A program made the position numbers and the translations under genes. A stretch of 64,000 bases of DNA from Pseudogymnoascus verrucosus (taxonomy: Eukaryota), in assembly GCA_001662655.1 (NCBI GenBank), contig KV460216.1; one strand, given 5' to 3'. The notes beneath the pieces are model-generated. The model was not told where the DNA came from. It did no database searches and worked only from the letters and a program-made list of their open reading frames with translations. Shown here piece after piece: positions 62,245 to 64,000 of this stretch (the first letter of the stretch is position 1; the number at the start of each line of letters is the position of its first letter).

Positions 62245-64000
62245 TCATGACCCATACGGAAATACTTTCCAAATCCACCTCTCCGTCTTCAGCTCCAGAT
62301 CAAACTCATGTCCCCACACCCCCCGATAAATCCCTACAGCCTCGTCACTCTTCGCCGTCCGCATTGCTTTCGTAAACTCCCAGTACGCCGGCATGAAAGA
62401 CGCGCCCTCCACAATCCCCGACAACCGTCCCCCATCCACGAGCACATTAGAGAAGAAGAGATCTCCATGCGTAAACACCGAGTCATGGGACCGCGAAAAC
62501 GCAGTCGGGATCTCATCCGTCAGGTACTTCATAAACTCGGTCCTACCTAAGAGGCGCATATTCAGGTCTCCCTCTGAGTTGTACGGGCCCGCATTATCTG
62601 AGAGGCGGTTGTCGTAGATAGATCCACCGGAGACATTGGAGTAGCGATATGGCGACGTGTTCTTGATCTTGTGCATTTGAGCGAGAATATTAGACAGGTC
62701 GGCGGCGAGCTGCGCGCGCTCGGCATACGAGGTGCGGTGGATGACGCTCTCGAGGCGCGTGCCGGGGACGCGGGTCATGATGAACCAGTCGACTGAGTCG
62801 TCGGTGAAGGTGTCGATGAGGAGGGGGGCAAGGATGGAAGGGGCTTCGCGCTCGAGGGTGCGGAGGGCGTGGACTTCGTTGTCTCCGGCTATGGTGCAGC
62901 GCTTTGCGTAGAGGCCAAAGGGGAGCTGCTGCACGACGTCGGAGATGTCGTGGCCGTATTTGGATTTTCCTTTTTCGAGGAGATGGCGGTAGCAGGTTAT
63001 GCGGATGAATTTTGGTACGAGGAGCCAGAGGGTGCGGACTATGAGTTGCGTGCTGCGACTGAAGTATGCTGCACAGCACGCAACTCATAGTCCGCACCCT
63101 ACGTTAGCACGTGGTATGTGATCAAGAGGGACAGGTGAACTCGCATTGGGATTGTAGAGGGCCCCAGCCGCCAGATATGCGCTCCTCAACATGGAACTGA
63201 TGGAGGGCGTTGGCAAACTTGAAATGCGTCTTGAGGAGAAAGGGGCTTGGTAGAGGGAGCTGCTTTGGATCCTCGGTCTGTAGAGCGATTGTGTAAGGGG
63301 AGCCAGGGCCGCAGAACGATGATCTATCAGCAAGAAGGATATGATCATAAGGTTCTGGATATATTTCAAAAATGAAGTACTACCCAAATTAGTAAATGCC
63401 GATGACAATGTGCGGCAGTCGATTAGATATGCTCACCTTAGCCGTCAAGTCGTCCTTGCCTGTATCCTCATCAAGCTTGTCCCAACTCTTCGCACCGTGG
63501 ATCCGAACCTGGAGATGCCCGTTTTTAAAGGCGTGCTGTACGCTTGGTGCAAGAAGCAATGCGTTTGCAAGTTTCCCCGGATCGGTTCTGTCTGAAACCA
63601 TGTTCTGCAACCGCGCCACTCTCGACGGCGTCATGAACGCGTCCAGCAGCGACTTTTATGAGTGCTACATTAAATGCGTCAGTATTAAATAGCATGGCCT
63701 GTAGGAATAAACACAATACCTCAGCTCCATCCGCATCTACCAGCTCTGATAGAGCGGGCGGGATAATAAACGTTGGTTCCGGTTCATCGAGCTGTTGGCG
63801 GTCAGGTGGGGTTACGCAACACCTGGCAGGATCGCGACGAGCAACCAGGTCTCTAAGGGAAGCATCAAATGGCGTTTGGTGAGAGACTACTTGAGGTTTT
63901 AGTACTGGTCTCGACTTGCGGGAATGAATGGAGATACTCACTGACAGCTACCAGCTCATGCCAGTCCTGTTTGAGGACGCGCAAAGCCTCTTCCACCGGC
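62245..64000 (-). pseudogene. HNH-like nuclease domain plus APH/choline-kinase-like fusion gene with lesions (5' end outside window)
   Basis: Spliced frame RDLVARRDPARCCVT..NALLLAPSVQHAFKNGH..LPLPSPFLLKTH|..VQQLPFGLYAK..NEVHAL..FIMTRVPG..FTHGDL..NVLV. Lesions: probable in-frame TAA 63656-63658 and loss of DW from the IVDWE motif. Confidence 0.75.
63029..63100. repeat. Perfect 27-bp inverted repeat, 18-nt loop
   Basis: AGGGTGCGGACTATGAGTTGCGTGCTG (63029-63055) and its exact reverse complement (63074-63100). Confidence 0.98.

Overview
Intron-rich filamentous ascomycete DNA, with GTRAGT donors, CTRAC branch points and YAG acceptors. Gene content and the strong C-run/G-run codon style suggest a Leotiomycete such as Pseudogymnoascus, but that is inference. 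The window holds about 27 protein genes, including NOG2, PRX1, a ral2/MDS3-like kelch-BTB gene, BNA4, MAP1, ERV14, PRP17, MRPS8, JIP5, two SET-domain genes, two MFS transporters, a LaeA-like methyltransferase and an HD hydrolase. An accessory-looking block at about 9.2-21.3 kb carries a DUF6594-like gene, a chimeric pseudogene, an NLR-like NACHT-ankyrin gene and an AAA ATPase. Two RNA genes missed by the ORF track are readable: an H/ACA snoRNA (snR191/U19 type) in NOG2 intron 2 and an intron-split U3 snoRNA. The most unusual unexplained elements are: (1) a multi-exon, apparently non-coding + strand transcript at about 0.8-2.5 kb whose third exon holds three hairpins, one a 49-bp near-perfect stem (milRNA-precursor-like); (2) an HNH-APH kinase gene whose GC-AG intron acceptor sits in the loop of a perfect 27-bp inverted repeat; (3) a GGYPGQQ prion-like-repeat gene broken by one in-frame TAA; (4) a ~65-bp repeat family on both sides of PRX1. 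Gene models and family names were assigned by eye and need database confirmation.
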